From: Pyrobaculum calidifontis JCM 11548 | GTDB lineage: Archaea; Thermoproteota; Thermoprotei; Thermoproteales; Thermoproteaceae | Length of the DNA stretch: 32,000 nucleotides | Direction of reading: 5' to 3' | Assembly: GCF_000015805.1 (NCBI RefSeq) | Contig: NC_009073.1 | Span: forward strand, 1,740,001 to 1,772,000 | Part shown: in pieces, positions 24,632-32,000 of the stretch | Numbering within the stretch: position 1 is the first letter of the stretch | How the letters are laid out: each line of letters starts with the position of its first letter | Made by a program: the position numbers and the translations under genes | Notes under the pieces: generated by a model | What the model was told of the DNA's origin: nothing | Database searches by the model: none | Seen by the model: the letters and a program-made list of their open reading frames with translations, nothing else

Positions 24632-25486
24632 GTGTTTGACAAAGATGCCTTCCTCCGCCTCCTGAGAGAAGATGAGGAGTTTAGATACGCCGTATTGGGC
24701 CTACTTGGGCTAGACAAGGTCTTTAAGCGGCTTGAGAAAAACACTAAGGCCATAGCCGCCCTTCAACGCGCAATGGTCAGGCACACCAAGGCGCTAGAGG
24801 AGCACACAAGGGCAATAGAGGCACTACAGAAGACGATAGAAGAACACTCAAGGGCGATAAACTCAATGCAGAAGACTTTAGAAGAGCACTCAAGAGTCCT
24901 TGAAAGGCATTCTAAGGCGGTAGAGAGTTTACAGAGAGCTGTGGAGGAGCACACTAGAGCTATTGTAGCAATGCAGAAGACCTTGGAGGAGCATTCAAGG
25001 GCTATTGAAGGTCTGCAGAGGGCTGTGGAGGAGCACTCCCGTGCCATTATGTCGCTTCAGCAGGCTGTTGATGCGCAATCTGTGGCTATCCGCGAGCTGG
25101 CCGCCAAGATGAATGCGCTTGGCACGCGGTGGGGGGTCGTGGCTGAGGAGGCGTTTAGAGAGTCTGTGAAATACTTGGTGGAGGACCTCCTCGGGGCCTA
25201 CAAGGCCAAGAAGTGGACTTATTACGACGCCGAGGGGCTGGTCTACGGCCACCCCTCCGTCGTTGAAGCAGACCTCCTCGTCAGAGACGGTGAGCACATA
25301 CTCGTGGAATTTAAATCGTCTGCCGACAGAGCCGATGTGGGGGAGCTATACAAGCTCGGCATCCTATACGAGAGAGTGGCTGGCGTCAAGCCCAAGCTCC
25401 TACTAGTGTCGCCAGCGGTGAGGAAGAGGGCGGCTGAGTTGGCCAAGGAGCTCGGCGTTGAGATAAGGGGGGAGGTGGTGGAGTAA
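24632..25486 (+). CDS. Coiled-coil protein with 14-residue repeats and a C-terminal PD-(D/E)xK (restriction-endonuclease-like) motif
   Basis: The N-terminal half is an EEH[ST]RAIxxxQ[KR][TA][LVI] repeat array. The C-terminal half contains ..VVEADLLVRDGEHILVEFKSS.. (D214 ... E226-x-K228), the classic PD-(D/E)xK spacing. Confidence 0.7.
   Translation: MFDKDAFLRLLREDEEFRYAVLGLLGLDKVFKRLEKNTKAIAALQRAMVRHTKALEEHTRAIEALQKTIEEHSRAINSMQKTLEEHSRVLERHSKAVESLQRAVEEHTRAIVAMQKTLEEHSRAIEGLQRAVEEHSRAIMSLQQAVDAQSVAIRELAAKMNALGTRWGVVAEEAFRESVKYLVEDLLGAYKAKKWTYYDAEGLVYGHPSVVEADLLVRDGEHILVEFKSSADRADVGELYKLGILYERVAGVKPKLLLVSPAVRKRAAELAKELGVEIRGEVVE
24734..25069 (+). repeat. In-frame 42-bp (14-codon) tandem repeat array, about 7-8 units including two 21-bp half units
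   Basis: Units GAGGAGCACACAAGGGCAATAGAGGCACTACAGAAGACGATA, GAAGAACACTCAAGGGCGATAAACTCAATGCAGAAGACTTTA, and so on. The period is visible in both DNA and protein. Confidence 0.85.
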
Positions 25487-25505
25487 ACGGCAGAGGCCAC
25501 ACGAC

Positions 25506-25513
25506 TTTTATAT
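25506..25513 (+). promoter_or_regulatory. TATA box for purM
   Basis: TTTTATAT is centred 22.5 nt upstream of GTG 25532. Confidence 0.5.
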
Positions 25514-25531
25514 CCCCAGGGAAGTCCGCTC

Positions 25532-26461
25532 GTGAGGTATAGAGACGCAGGCGTTGACTTAGACAAACATAGGCAGTTGCACAAGGCCGCCGCCTCCCTC
25601 CTCGGCGGCTACGCCGGCGCCTATACCCGGTGGATAGAGCTGGGGGAGGGGGAGTACGCGCTGCACGTAGACGGCGTGGGGACTAAGGCCCTGTGGCTTC
25701 TTCAGGCTGGGCGCCTAGAGGTGGCCGGGTGGGACTGCCTCTTTGTAAATGTAAACGATGTGGTCAGCGACGGGTTTAAGCCCGTTGCGGCCGTGGACTA
25801 CGTGGCGGTCTCGCCCGGGCTAGAGGATGCCGTGCCGCCCGTGTTCGAGGGCCTGCGTAAGGCGGCCCAGAGGGCCAACGTTGCCGTCTTAGGCGGCGAG
25901 ACGGCCATAATGCCAGACGTGGTAAACGGAATAGACGTGGTTTGCACAATCTTGGCCAAGAGAGTGGCCGCGCCTAAGAGGCCAGCGCCTGGGGACTACC
26001 TAGTGGCTCTAGAGTCCACGGGCCCCCACGCCAACGGCTTCAGTCTCCTCAGGCGGATCTTCAAGCTGGGGGAGAGGCTCTGCGGCTCCACGGTCGAGGA
26101 CATCCTCCTAGCCCCCGTGGCCGACTACGGCGCCGTAGTCGAAATGTTGAAAGAGGGCGTGGTCAAAGCGGTGGCACACATCACAGGAGGCGCCTTTGCA
26201 AAGCTCAAGAGAGTGCTCGGGGACTTGGGGGCGAAGCTAGAGCTGGGCAATCTGCCTTGCTGGGCCGAGGAAGTGGTCAAGAGGGGAGTGCCGCGGGAGG
26301 AGGCGTACCGCGTCTTCAACATGGGAGTCGGCATGGTCCTCGTAACAGACACCCCCAACGACGCCTTGAGAAGAGCCGAGGACCTCGGCCTAAGGGCTAG
26401 GGTCGTGGGGAGGGTGAAGGAAGAGGGGCCCGTGGCTGTCGACGGCGTAGTATTCCACTGA
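25532..26461 (+). CDS. purM: Phosphoribosylformylglycinamidine cyclo-ligase (AIR synthetase)
   Basis: YRDAGVDLD.., ..LHVDGVGTK.., ..NDVVSDG.., ..AHITGGAF.., FNMGVGMVLV. Confidence 0.92.
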   Translation: MRYRDAGVDLDKHRQLHKAAASLLGGYAGAYTRWIELGEGEYALHVDGVGTKALWLLQAGRLEVAGWDCLFVNVNDVVSDGFKPVAAVDYVAVSPGLEDAVPPVFEGLRKAAQRANVAVLGGETAIMPDVVNGIDVVCTILAKRVAAPKRPAPGDYLVALESTGPHANGFSLLRRIFKLGERLCGSTVEDILLAPVADYGAVVEMLKEGVVKAVAHITGGAFAKLKRVLGDLGAKLELGNLPCWAEEVVKRGVPREEAYRVFNMGVGMVLVTDTPNDALRRAEDLGLRARVVGRVKEEGPVAVDGVVFH

Positions 26462-26463
26462 GG

Positions 26464-27216
26464 CTAGCCGCCCCCCAGCGCCTTTTGATACGTCACCAAG
26501 AGGTCTAGCGCCTCTTCGTACCTCCTCACAAGGTAGAACCGCGCCTCTTCAGCGTCTCCGTATATCACGATGTAGTCCTCCACTATGGAGAGGACTAGGT
26601 GCGGCGGGGCCTCGTCGAGGTCGACTATGTCGATGGAGCCGTCTGGGAGGCCCAAGAGGTCCTCCGCCTCTGCGATTAGCCTGGCCAAGTCCATCAACGT
26701 CTTCGGCTTGGCGAATTTCACGGCTATGTCTAAGTCGCGTCCACAGCCGCGACGCGCCGTAGATCCGAAGAGGTACGCGTACACCACATCGTGGCGCTTA
26801 AACACCTCCCCAAGCCTCACGGCGTCTTCTACACAGGGGTTATTGCCCACGGCCTTTTCGGCCAAGGCAAGCACCTCCGGCATCATCTCCACAAGCTCTT
26901 TAAACGAGGCTAGCTCCTTCTCCACAGACACAATGTAGTACCGATGGATAAGCACGTTTCGCATAGAGGCCACTGCGCCTAACCTCTTGGGGTCATAGCC
27001 TACCTCGCGCGCGAACTCCTCCAGTAACGCCCTGTAGGTGGGGGGCTTTTCGCCTCGTCTACGCGCCACATATATGGCCGCCAAGTCTATCAACGACTGT
27101 GCCACTAACTCGGCAAGTCTCTCCAAGGCGTAGATGTCTGCGCCAGGGGAGGCGAGGCGGGCCCGAAGCTCCTCAGTGTAAAACTTGACGCGAGCCAGTT
27201 GCTCTCTAAGTCTCAT
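26464..27216 (-). CDS. Single-polypeptide fusion of a HEPN (DUF86-type) domain and a minimal nucleotidyltransferase (MNT) domain
   Basis: The N-terminal half ends with the HEPN Rx4H motif MRNVLIHRYY (nt ~26961-26944). The C-terminal half carries the MNT signature YLFGSTARRGCGRDLDIAV (GS..DxD, nt ~26766-26728). ATG 27216 forms an ATGA overlap with the pmbA stop. Confidence 0.8.
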   Translation of the reverse strand: MRLREQLARVKFYTEELRARLASPGADIYALERLAELVAQSLIDLAAIYVARRRGEKPPTYRALLEEFAREVGYDPKRLGAVASMRNVLIHRYYIVSVEKELASFKELVEMMPEVLALAEKAVGNNPCVEDAVRLGEVFKRHDVVYAYLFGSTARRGCGRDLDIAVKFAKPKTLMDLARLIAEAEDLLGLPDGSIDIVDLDEAPPHLVLSIVEDYIVIYGDAEEARFYLVRRYEEALDLLVTYQKALGGG

Positions 27217-28493
27217 GTAGTTATGCCGATGTTCCGCAGAATGGCCCAGGTAGAAGTGGCGGGCGCGGGCATGTCCCACCAGTAGACTTGGGCCCTCTTC
27301 TTTGAGAGAGCCTCCACGTTTTTCACCACGTTCTCTAAAGTGTCGGCGATTCTTATGAACTTGACCACCGCCACAGGCCTCCCATCCCTTACCTCAAGTG
27401 CGACGTCTCTCCCCACTGTGGAGAACTGGCCCGTCTTCACATTCTGATACCGGGTATACCAATTGTTGTGGATGTAGAAGCCGTTTTTCAACTCTGCGAA
27501 GAGCTCCTCCAGATCGCCGGAGGCGTCGCCTGCGCCCACTTCCAAGTGGCCGGGGGCAGGCCTGACCAGAGAGCCGAGCGCGTGGCCCGTCGGCTCTGTC
27601 CCAAGCGCCGCGGCAGTCCTCCTAGTGTGGAGAAAGCCCCCAAGGACCCCCCTCTCGTATATTGCCACAGGCCTAGGCGGGACGCCCTCTGAGTCAAATG
27701 GAGTGAATCCATAGGCCGACGGGTCGTGGGTCTTGTCCACCACGGTTAACGCCGGCGAAGCCACAGCCTTGCCCACGTCGTCTTTGCTGTACCTAGAACC
27801 GCCGGAGACGACCTCTAGCCCATTTGCCCAAAAGTGGGCTACCTCGCCCATCAAGTGCCCAAACACGAGGGGTGAGAGGAGGAGGTCCGCCCTACCCGTC
27901 TCCACCCGCCTCTGCGGCAGGCCCTTGGCTAAGGAGAGGAGGTGTGCGTTTTGCTCGCCCACATGCTCGGCCTTTATCTCTGCCACTCGCCGCGCCGCCA
28001 CGGCGCTAGTGGCGGAGAGCTCCCCGAGGAACGAGCGCATGGTCAAGTAGACGCGGTTGACGGAGTAGCGCCCCCTCCGCCCGGCTGTGTCTTCATACTC
28101 CACCGTGACGTAGGAGAGGAGGGCCGCCCCCGCGCTCCTCTCTACGCCGTGTGCCCCGTCTATGGCCCTCTTCACGAGGTCGGGCAGTTTCTCAAAGTTG
28201 TCTAAAGCCTCATCGTGGTTTATGGGCTGTGGTCCGCCGAGGGGGACGTAGAGGGGGTCCTCTGGCATATTCTCCAAGGCCTTCAAGGCCTCCTCTACCT
28301 GGGCCAGGGAGGGGGAGCCGGTGGTGCTGACAAACGTGGTACGCCTCCCCTTGGCCAAGTAGAGGTAGGTGTTTTCCACAGTCCAGCTCTTGAACGCGGT
28401 GACTTCGTCGTTGGCGAATCTGACCATGTAGTTCTCTACTCTGGCCTTCGCCACAGCCGCCTCGTCTACCCTATTGGCCAAGAAGCGCATCAT
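27213..28493 (-). CDS. pmbA: PmbA/TldE-family protein (non-catalytic partner of the TldD protease)
   Basis: 426 aa with PmbA_TldD-family layout and no HExxxH. ATGA overlap with the tldD stop (28490-28493). Confidence 0.82.
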   Translation of the reverse strand: MMRFLANRVDEAAVAKARVENYMVRFANDEVTAFKSWTVENTYLYLAKGRRTTFVSTTGSPSLAQVEEALKALENMPEDPLYVPLGGPQPINHDEALDNFEKLPDLVKRAIDGAHGVERSAGAALLSYVTVEYEDTAGRRGRYSVNRVYLTMRSFLGELSATSAVAARRVAEIKAEHVGEQNAHLLSLAKGLPQRRVETGRADLLLSPLVFGHLMGEVAHFWANGLEVVSGGSRYSKDDVGKAVASPALTVVDKTHDPSAYGFTPFDSEGVPPRPVAIYERGVLGGFLHTRRTAAALGTEPTGHALGSLVRPAPGHLEVGAGDASGDLEELFAELKNGFYIHNNWYTRYQNVKTGQFSTVGRDVALEVRDGRPVAVVKFIRIADTLENVVKNVEALSKKRAQVYWWDMPAPATSTWAILRNIGITT

Positions 28494-29872
28494 ACCACTA
28501 CCCTCAGCCCCCTTGACCTAAATGTGGGCCCTCCCATGGTCACGGGCACCCCCTGCGAGGGATTCCCCTTGCCGCATGTGCCTATAAACAGCTTGAAGTC
28601 CTTCCCCACGGCGTCTACGTTCCCCCACAGCTCTGGCGTGTCCACCTCTATGAAGCCCTTGACCGGCTCCTTCAACTCTCCCCCCTCTATTAGGTAGCCC
28701 TCGAAGATGCCGTAGCGCCCCGAGTACCTAGTGTCGTTGATATTCCACTCTGTGTAAGAGACGACGTATACCCCCCTCTTTGTGTCTCTGATGATCTCCT
28801 CGGGGTCCCAGTCCCCGGGCTCGAGGTATGTGTTAGACATCCTGGGAATAGGCTCTCTGTCGAAGGCCGAGGCTCTCGCCCCGGCGTTGCTGTGGACGCC
28901 TATCACCGCGGCGTACTGCCTATTGGTGATAAACTCGGTGGCCCACCCCCCTTGCACAAGCCTCTTAGGCCTAGCCACGACGCCCTCCTCGTCAACTAGG
29001 TAGAAGCCGTAGGCCCCCGGCACCGCGGGGTAGTCTGTGATATTTACGAGGTCGCTACCTATCTTCACTCTGAGGTTGCCCGGCCTTATGTAAGACTCCC
29101 CCGCCTCGGCCCCCTCTCTCCCGTATATCCTATCTAGCTCAAAGGGGTGGCCAATGGACTCGTGCACAAGTATGCCCGTCATCTCTGGGGCAAAGACCAC
29201 GTCGTATCTCCCCGGCGAAATGGGCCGGGCACGCTCCAAGAGGTACGACACCTTCTTAGACTCCTCCTCCACCACCTTTTCAGCGCCCCTCAGCGCCTCC
29301 GCCGAGGTGCCCCCCAGAAAGACGTCTCGCTGGAGGCTCCCAGAGGGGCCGTGCTTTATAAACATGGCGAAGACGTACACCCGCGGCACTTTGCTGTAGA
29401 CGTCTGCGCCGTCGCTCGTCGCCACCCACTTCTCAGTAGTCCACACAGAGGCGTAAAACCTACGCACAGTCAAAGACCTGTCGGCATGCTCGTCGAGCCG
29501 CTTGGCCAAGTCAAGCGGGTCGAGGTCGATGGGGGGAAGGCTGTACTTCACCACGGCCAAACTCTCCTCGCTGAGTTCCACCGGCCTCTTGCGCAGAGAG
29601 CCAGCCGCCTTTGCAAGCTTAACAGCCCGCTCAACGGCCTCTAAAACCGCCGAGGCCTCTGTACTGGGCGCGGCCGCGAAGCCAAGCCCGCCCCCCGCCA
29701 CCGCCCGCACCCCCACGCCCTCGGACTTAAACCCGGCGGAGAACTCAAACTGCCCATTCCTAAGCCCTGCCCACCTCCCGTAGTCCAACTGCCACCTCAC
29801 TTCCACATACTTAGCGCCCAGGGAAAGGCCGTACTCCACGGCCCTCCTTAACAACTCTTCCATAGAAGTCAC
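28490..29872 (-). CDS. tldD: TldD-family metalloprotease
   Basis: 460 aa with the HExxxH zinc motif in ..GILVHESIGHPFELDRI... Start is GTG 29872, or ATG 29863 preceded by GGAGTGA. Confidence 0.88.
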   Translation of the reverse strand: MTSMEELLRRAVEYGLSLGAKYVEVRWQLDYGRWAGLRNGQFEFSAGFKSEGVGVRAVAGGGLGFAAAPSTEASAVLEAVERAVKLAKAAGSLRKRPVELSEESLAVVKYSLPPIDLDPLDLAKRLDEHADRSLTVRRFYASVWTTEKWVATSDGADVYSKVPRVYVFAMFIKHGPSGSLQRDVFLGGTSAEALRGAEKVVEEESKKVSYLLERARPISPGRYDVVFAPEMTGILVHESIGHPFELDRIYGREGAEAGESYIRPGNLRVKIGSDLVNITDYPAVPGAYGFYLVDEEGVVARPKRLVQGGWATEFITNRQYAAVIGVHSNAGARASAFDREPIPRMSNTYLEPGDWDPEEIIRDTKRGVYVVSYTEWNINDTRYSGRYGIFEGYLIEGGELKEPVKGFIEVDTPELWGNVDAVGKDFKLFIGTCGKGNPSQGVPVTMGGPTFRSRGLRVVV

Positions 29873-29884
29873 TCCATACCACTA

Positions 29885-30706
29885 TTAATATGTTAGTTCC
29901 AACACCTCCTCTCCGCACACGTAGTAATTGCCGTGGACGTAGACGGGCGTGCACGCCAGCGTCTTGTCGCCCAGCTTGTTCTCAACCACGACGCCTAGCC
30001 GAGACACAAAAAAGCGCTCCCCCACCTCCACCCTCTCTCTGCCCCAGTAGACGTAGCGCCTCCCGCCCCACTCCTCCACGTACACCACGAGAGGCGACGT
30101 GGACAAGGGCTCCACGGCCTTGGCGCCTTTAAACTCTGCCCTCTCCGCGCCCAGAAACCGGCCGTCGAGAGTAATTTTCTTGAGCAGAAGCTCCATGCCC
30201 TCGTCGGAGTAGTCAAAATCCGCCACGACGGCCCTATGCGGGTCTAAGACATCCACGTGGTACGACACGCCACAGGGCGCGGAAAAAACGCCGTAGGTCT
30301 CTGGCTTAACCACAACCACAAACCCATCGGTACAGTAGAGAGATTTAACATCGGCGAAGGGGTAGGCGTACATGAAGTCCCACTTCCCGCTACATTCCAC
30401 CTTTTCCACAATACGCCAGCCCTCTGTCTCAAAGACATAGGCATAGTCGCCTCCCACGGCTATTGCATATCTAGCCGGCTTAAACCCATCTGAGTACAAG
30501 CCATAGGGCACCAACACCAGGTTAAACTCTCCTACCTCAACGCCGTCTGGCTTAAACAGCCTCGCCCCCCTCACCACCGCCGAGCCGTAGTGCACGCCCC
30601 CCTCGACCCAGGGCACCTCAAGAAGAAGGCCCCCGGGCCCCTTGGCCAAGCCCTCCTTAACTACCCACAGCTCCCCCCTTGAATTTCCCACGAGCAACAT
30701 AGCCAA
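29885..30706 (-). CDS. Hypothetical protein, beta-rich, no recognisable domain
   Basis: 273-aa ORF with protein-like composition, 12 nt upstream of tldD on the same strand. Its 5' end overlaps the preceding membrane-protein gene by 50 nt. Confidence 0.6.
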   Translation of the reverse strand: MAMLLVGNSRGELWVVKEGLAKGPGGLLLEVPWVEGGVHYGSAVVRGARLFKPDGVEVGEFNLVLVPYGLYSDGFKPARYAIAVGGDYAYVFETEGWRIVEKVECSGKWDFMYAYPFADVKSLYCTDGFVVVVKPETYGVFSAPCGVSYHVDVLDPHRAVVADFDYSDEGMELLLKKITLDGRFLGAERAEFKGAKAVEPLSTSPLVVYVEEWGGRRYVYWGRERVEVGERFFVSRLGVVVENKLGDKTLACTPVYVHGNYYVCGEEVLELTY

Positions 30707-31385
30707 TGGCAGTTGCCAAGGTTAAATAATGCACTGACAACTGGGCCTGCGGGCCCACTAAGAGGGAGTACATAAAGAGTCTCTCTCTTTGTAGCAAGGA
30801 GAGAAACACGGCCACGGGCAGAAGCCAGGGCTGAGTAAGACCCATCCCAAAGACGAGAATCATGCCCATGTAGTAAGGCGACGCCGCCACCGCGGCCGCC
30901 GTGGCCAAAGCCGCCGCCGACGCCAACTTCCAGGCGCCGTGGCGGATTCCGCTGATAAATACGCCGACGAGAGGCATAAACGCCCACGCCCACTCCAGAT
31001 ATGGCGTGACCCACAGGAGCTGAGGCGCGTACAAATTTACCACGCCCTGAGCCAAGTAGTAGGCGGCGACGACGTAGCCGGCCCTAGACCTAAAAAACAG
31101 CGCGTAAACCAGCGGGAGTATAGGCATAAGCCTAAGCCCAACGCCGATATAAGCCGCAGATAAGTCAAGCGCAGTCACTACAAGGGCAACTAGGGCGAGG
31201 GGCAGAGATCCCCACAAGCCGAGGTATGCGAATGCCAACACGTACAAGGCGATCATCGCAATATAGCCGCCCCACTGAATTGCGAGAAAGAGGGCGTGTG
31301 TAAACTGGTTCTGGGGGACAAAAATCCAGAACCTATTCAGGGTGCGGTTTAGGAGAAATTCGGAGAAGAGAAGGAAAAAGAGCAT
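30657..31385 (-). CDS. Polytopic membrane protein (about 7-8 TM), family unknown
   Basis: Hydrophobic segments throughout. ATG 31385 (MLFFLLFSEF..) lies 4 nt after the stop of the upstream gene and is preferred over ORF-track start 31427. Confidence 0.7.
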   Translation of the reverse strand: MLFFLLFSEFLLNRTLNRFWIFVPQNQFTHALFLAIQWGGYIAMIALYVLAFAYLGLWGSLPLALVALVVTALDLSAAYIGVGLRLMPILPLVYALFFRSRAGYVVAAYYLAQGVVNLYAPQLLWVTPYLEWAWAFMPLVGVFISGIRHGAWKLASAAALATAAAVAASPYYMGMILVFGMGLTQPWLLPVAVFLSLLQRERLFMYSLLVGPQAQLSVHYLTLATAIGYVARGKFKGGAVGS

Positions 31386-31389
31386 CGAA

Positions 31390-32000
31390 TTACTTCCTGC
31401 GGAACGCCAAGCCGAGCAATATTGCAATAACCGCTATTAGGACGCCGATCACCACCCACGCCCACGTCGGCGAAGTCTCCACAATCTGTGTAGCGGTGAC
31501 AGTGGTAGGCGCCGCCTGTGTAACAGTCTCAACTCTGGCAGGCGCCGCCGGTCTCTCAAGCGTGAAGCTGATCCAGCCGCTGGTGGCCTTCAGCCCGCCG
31601 CGCTCGCCCTTTCCGCCATCCCATGTGGCAAACGCCGCGCTGAAGTCGCTGGCCAGCGAGGACATCAGCGGGTGAACTGACGCAAGCGGCCTAACTATCA
31701 CCACCTGCCACCTGCCCCCAGCGTATGTGGTATATGCCTGCACTACCTGGGCATTCTGCGGCAGTAGCTCCACTGGCGAAGTGGGAGTTGCCTGTAGGCC
31801 AAGTGCCTCTCTCTGTTGCGGCGAAAGGCCGTAGCCAGCGCCCGCCACTAAGTTCTCCACGCCCACACCCGCCTTCCAGTAGATTATATTCACGGGGTTG
31901 TCCACGGTGCCCATGCATATGTAGGGCAACTGAGCCCTTGACACTGGGAACTGTATCGCCACGGCGTCTGGGAACACGTCTAATCCACCTGGCGTAGCCA
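31390..32000 (-). CDS. EB_dh-like (ethylbenzene dehydrogenase / DMSO-reductase-type haem-binding domain) protein with C-terminal TM anchor; N-terminus outside the window
   Basis: DAVAIQFPV..MG..NIIYWKA and GRWQVVIVRPL..FAATWDGGKGERGGLKATSGWISF match the EB_dh domain pattern. The protein ends with a Thr-rich linker plus WAWVVIGVLIAVIAILLGLAF-RRK. The frame stays open past GTG 31977 to the window edge. Confidence 0.6.
   Translation of the reverse strand, partial: ATPGGLDVFPDAVAIQFPVSRAQLPYICMGTVDNPVNIIYWKAGVGVENLVAGAGYGLSPQQREALGLQATPTSPVELLPQNAQVVQAYTTYAGGRWQVVIVRPLASVHPLMSSLASDFSAAFATWDGGKGERGGLKATSGWISFTLERPAAPARVETVTQAAPTTVTATQIVETSPTWAWVVIGVLIAVIAILLGLAFRRK

Noticed and set aside
24763-25047. 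94-aa minus-strand ORF with repeated ECSS/ALVCSS units
   Set aside because: It is the antisense reading of the 42-bp coding repeats. Its periodicity is inherited, not independent evidence of coding.
24734-25069. Could the 42-bp periodic array be a CRISPR or another non-coding repeat?
   Set aside because: The units are contiguous with no spacers, diverge mainly at synonymous or conservative positions, and stay in frame within a long ORF that continues into a globular domain.
27217-27279. 21-residue N-terminal extension of the HEPN-MNT ORF (GTG 27279)
   Set aside because: It lies inside the pmbA coding region. ATG 27216 gives the ATGA coupling pattern seen at the neighbouring junction.
28790-28800. 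C/D-box sRNA signals (CTGATGA here; TTGATGATG on the minus strand at about 18596)
   Set aside because: Both lie inside well-supported coding frames and lack a correctly spaced CUGA D box. No canonical C/D pair was found in the long spacers 2793-3537, 17315-17501 or 22598-22855.

Overview
This 32-kb window reads as a GC-rich hyperthermophilic crenarchaeal chromosome segment, probably Pyrobaculum/Thermoproteus-like. That assignment is an inference from gene content, protein style and leaderless TATA geometry. nt 1-4900 look accessory: three paralogs of a protein family I cannot assign, about 0.75 kb of gene-poor sequence with frame-broken coding remnants, and an orphan AAA+ ATPase (AAA_14/DUF4143 type) whose promoter sits inside a 20/10/20-bp palindrome. 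nt 4960-10589 hold a complete phosphate-uptake locus, pstS-pstC-pstA-pstB-phoU on the minus strand, with a divergent AbrB/SpoVT-PhoU regulator. nt 10546-26461 hold a near-complete de novo purine supercluster: purF, purL, purS, purQ, purK, purE, a second purF paralog lacking Cys1, purD, purC, purN, folD and purM. It is built from divergent, apparently leaderless units. Two inserts interrupt it: a TenA-like / HAD phosphatase / membrane-protein trio, and a protein with 14-residue coiled-coil repeats and a PD-(D/E)xK-like C-terminus. nt 26464-32000 carry a tightly packed six-gene minus-strand cluster: a partial EB_dh-like haem-domain protein, a polytopic membrane protein, a beta-rich hypothetical, TldD, PmbA/TldE, and a single-polypeptide HEPN-MNT fusion coupled to pmbA by an ATGA overlap. 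This last coupling is the best candidate for an undescribed system. I recognised no rRNA, tRNA, CRISPR array, transposase or integrase. All calls rest on motif recognition by eye and hand translation; no database search was possible.
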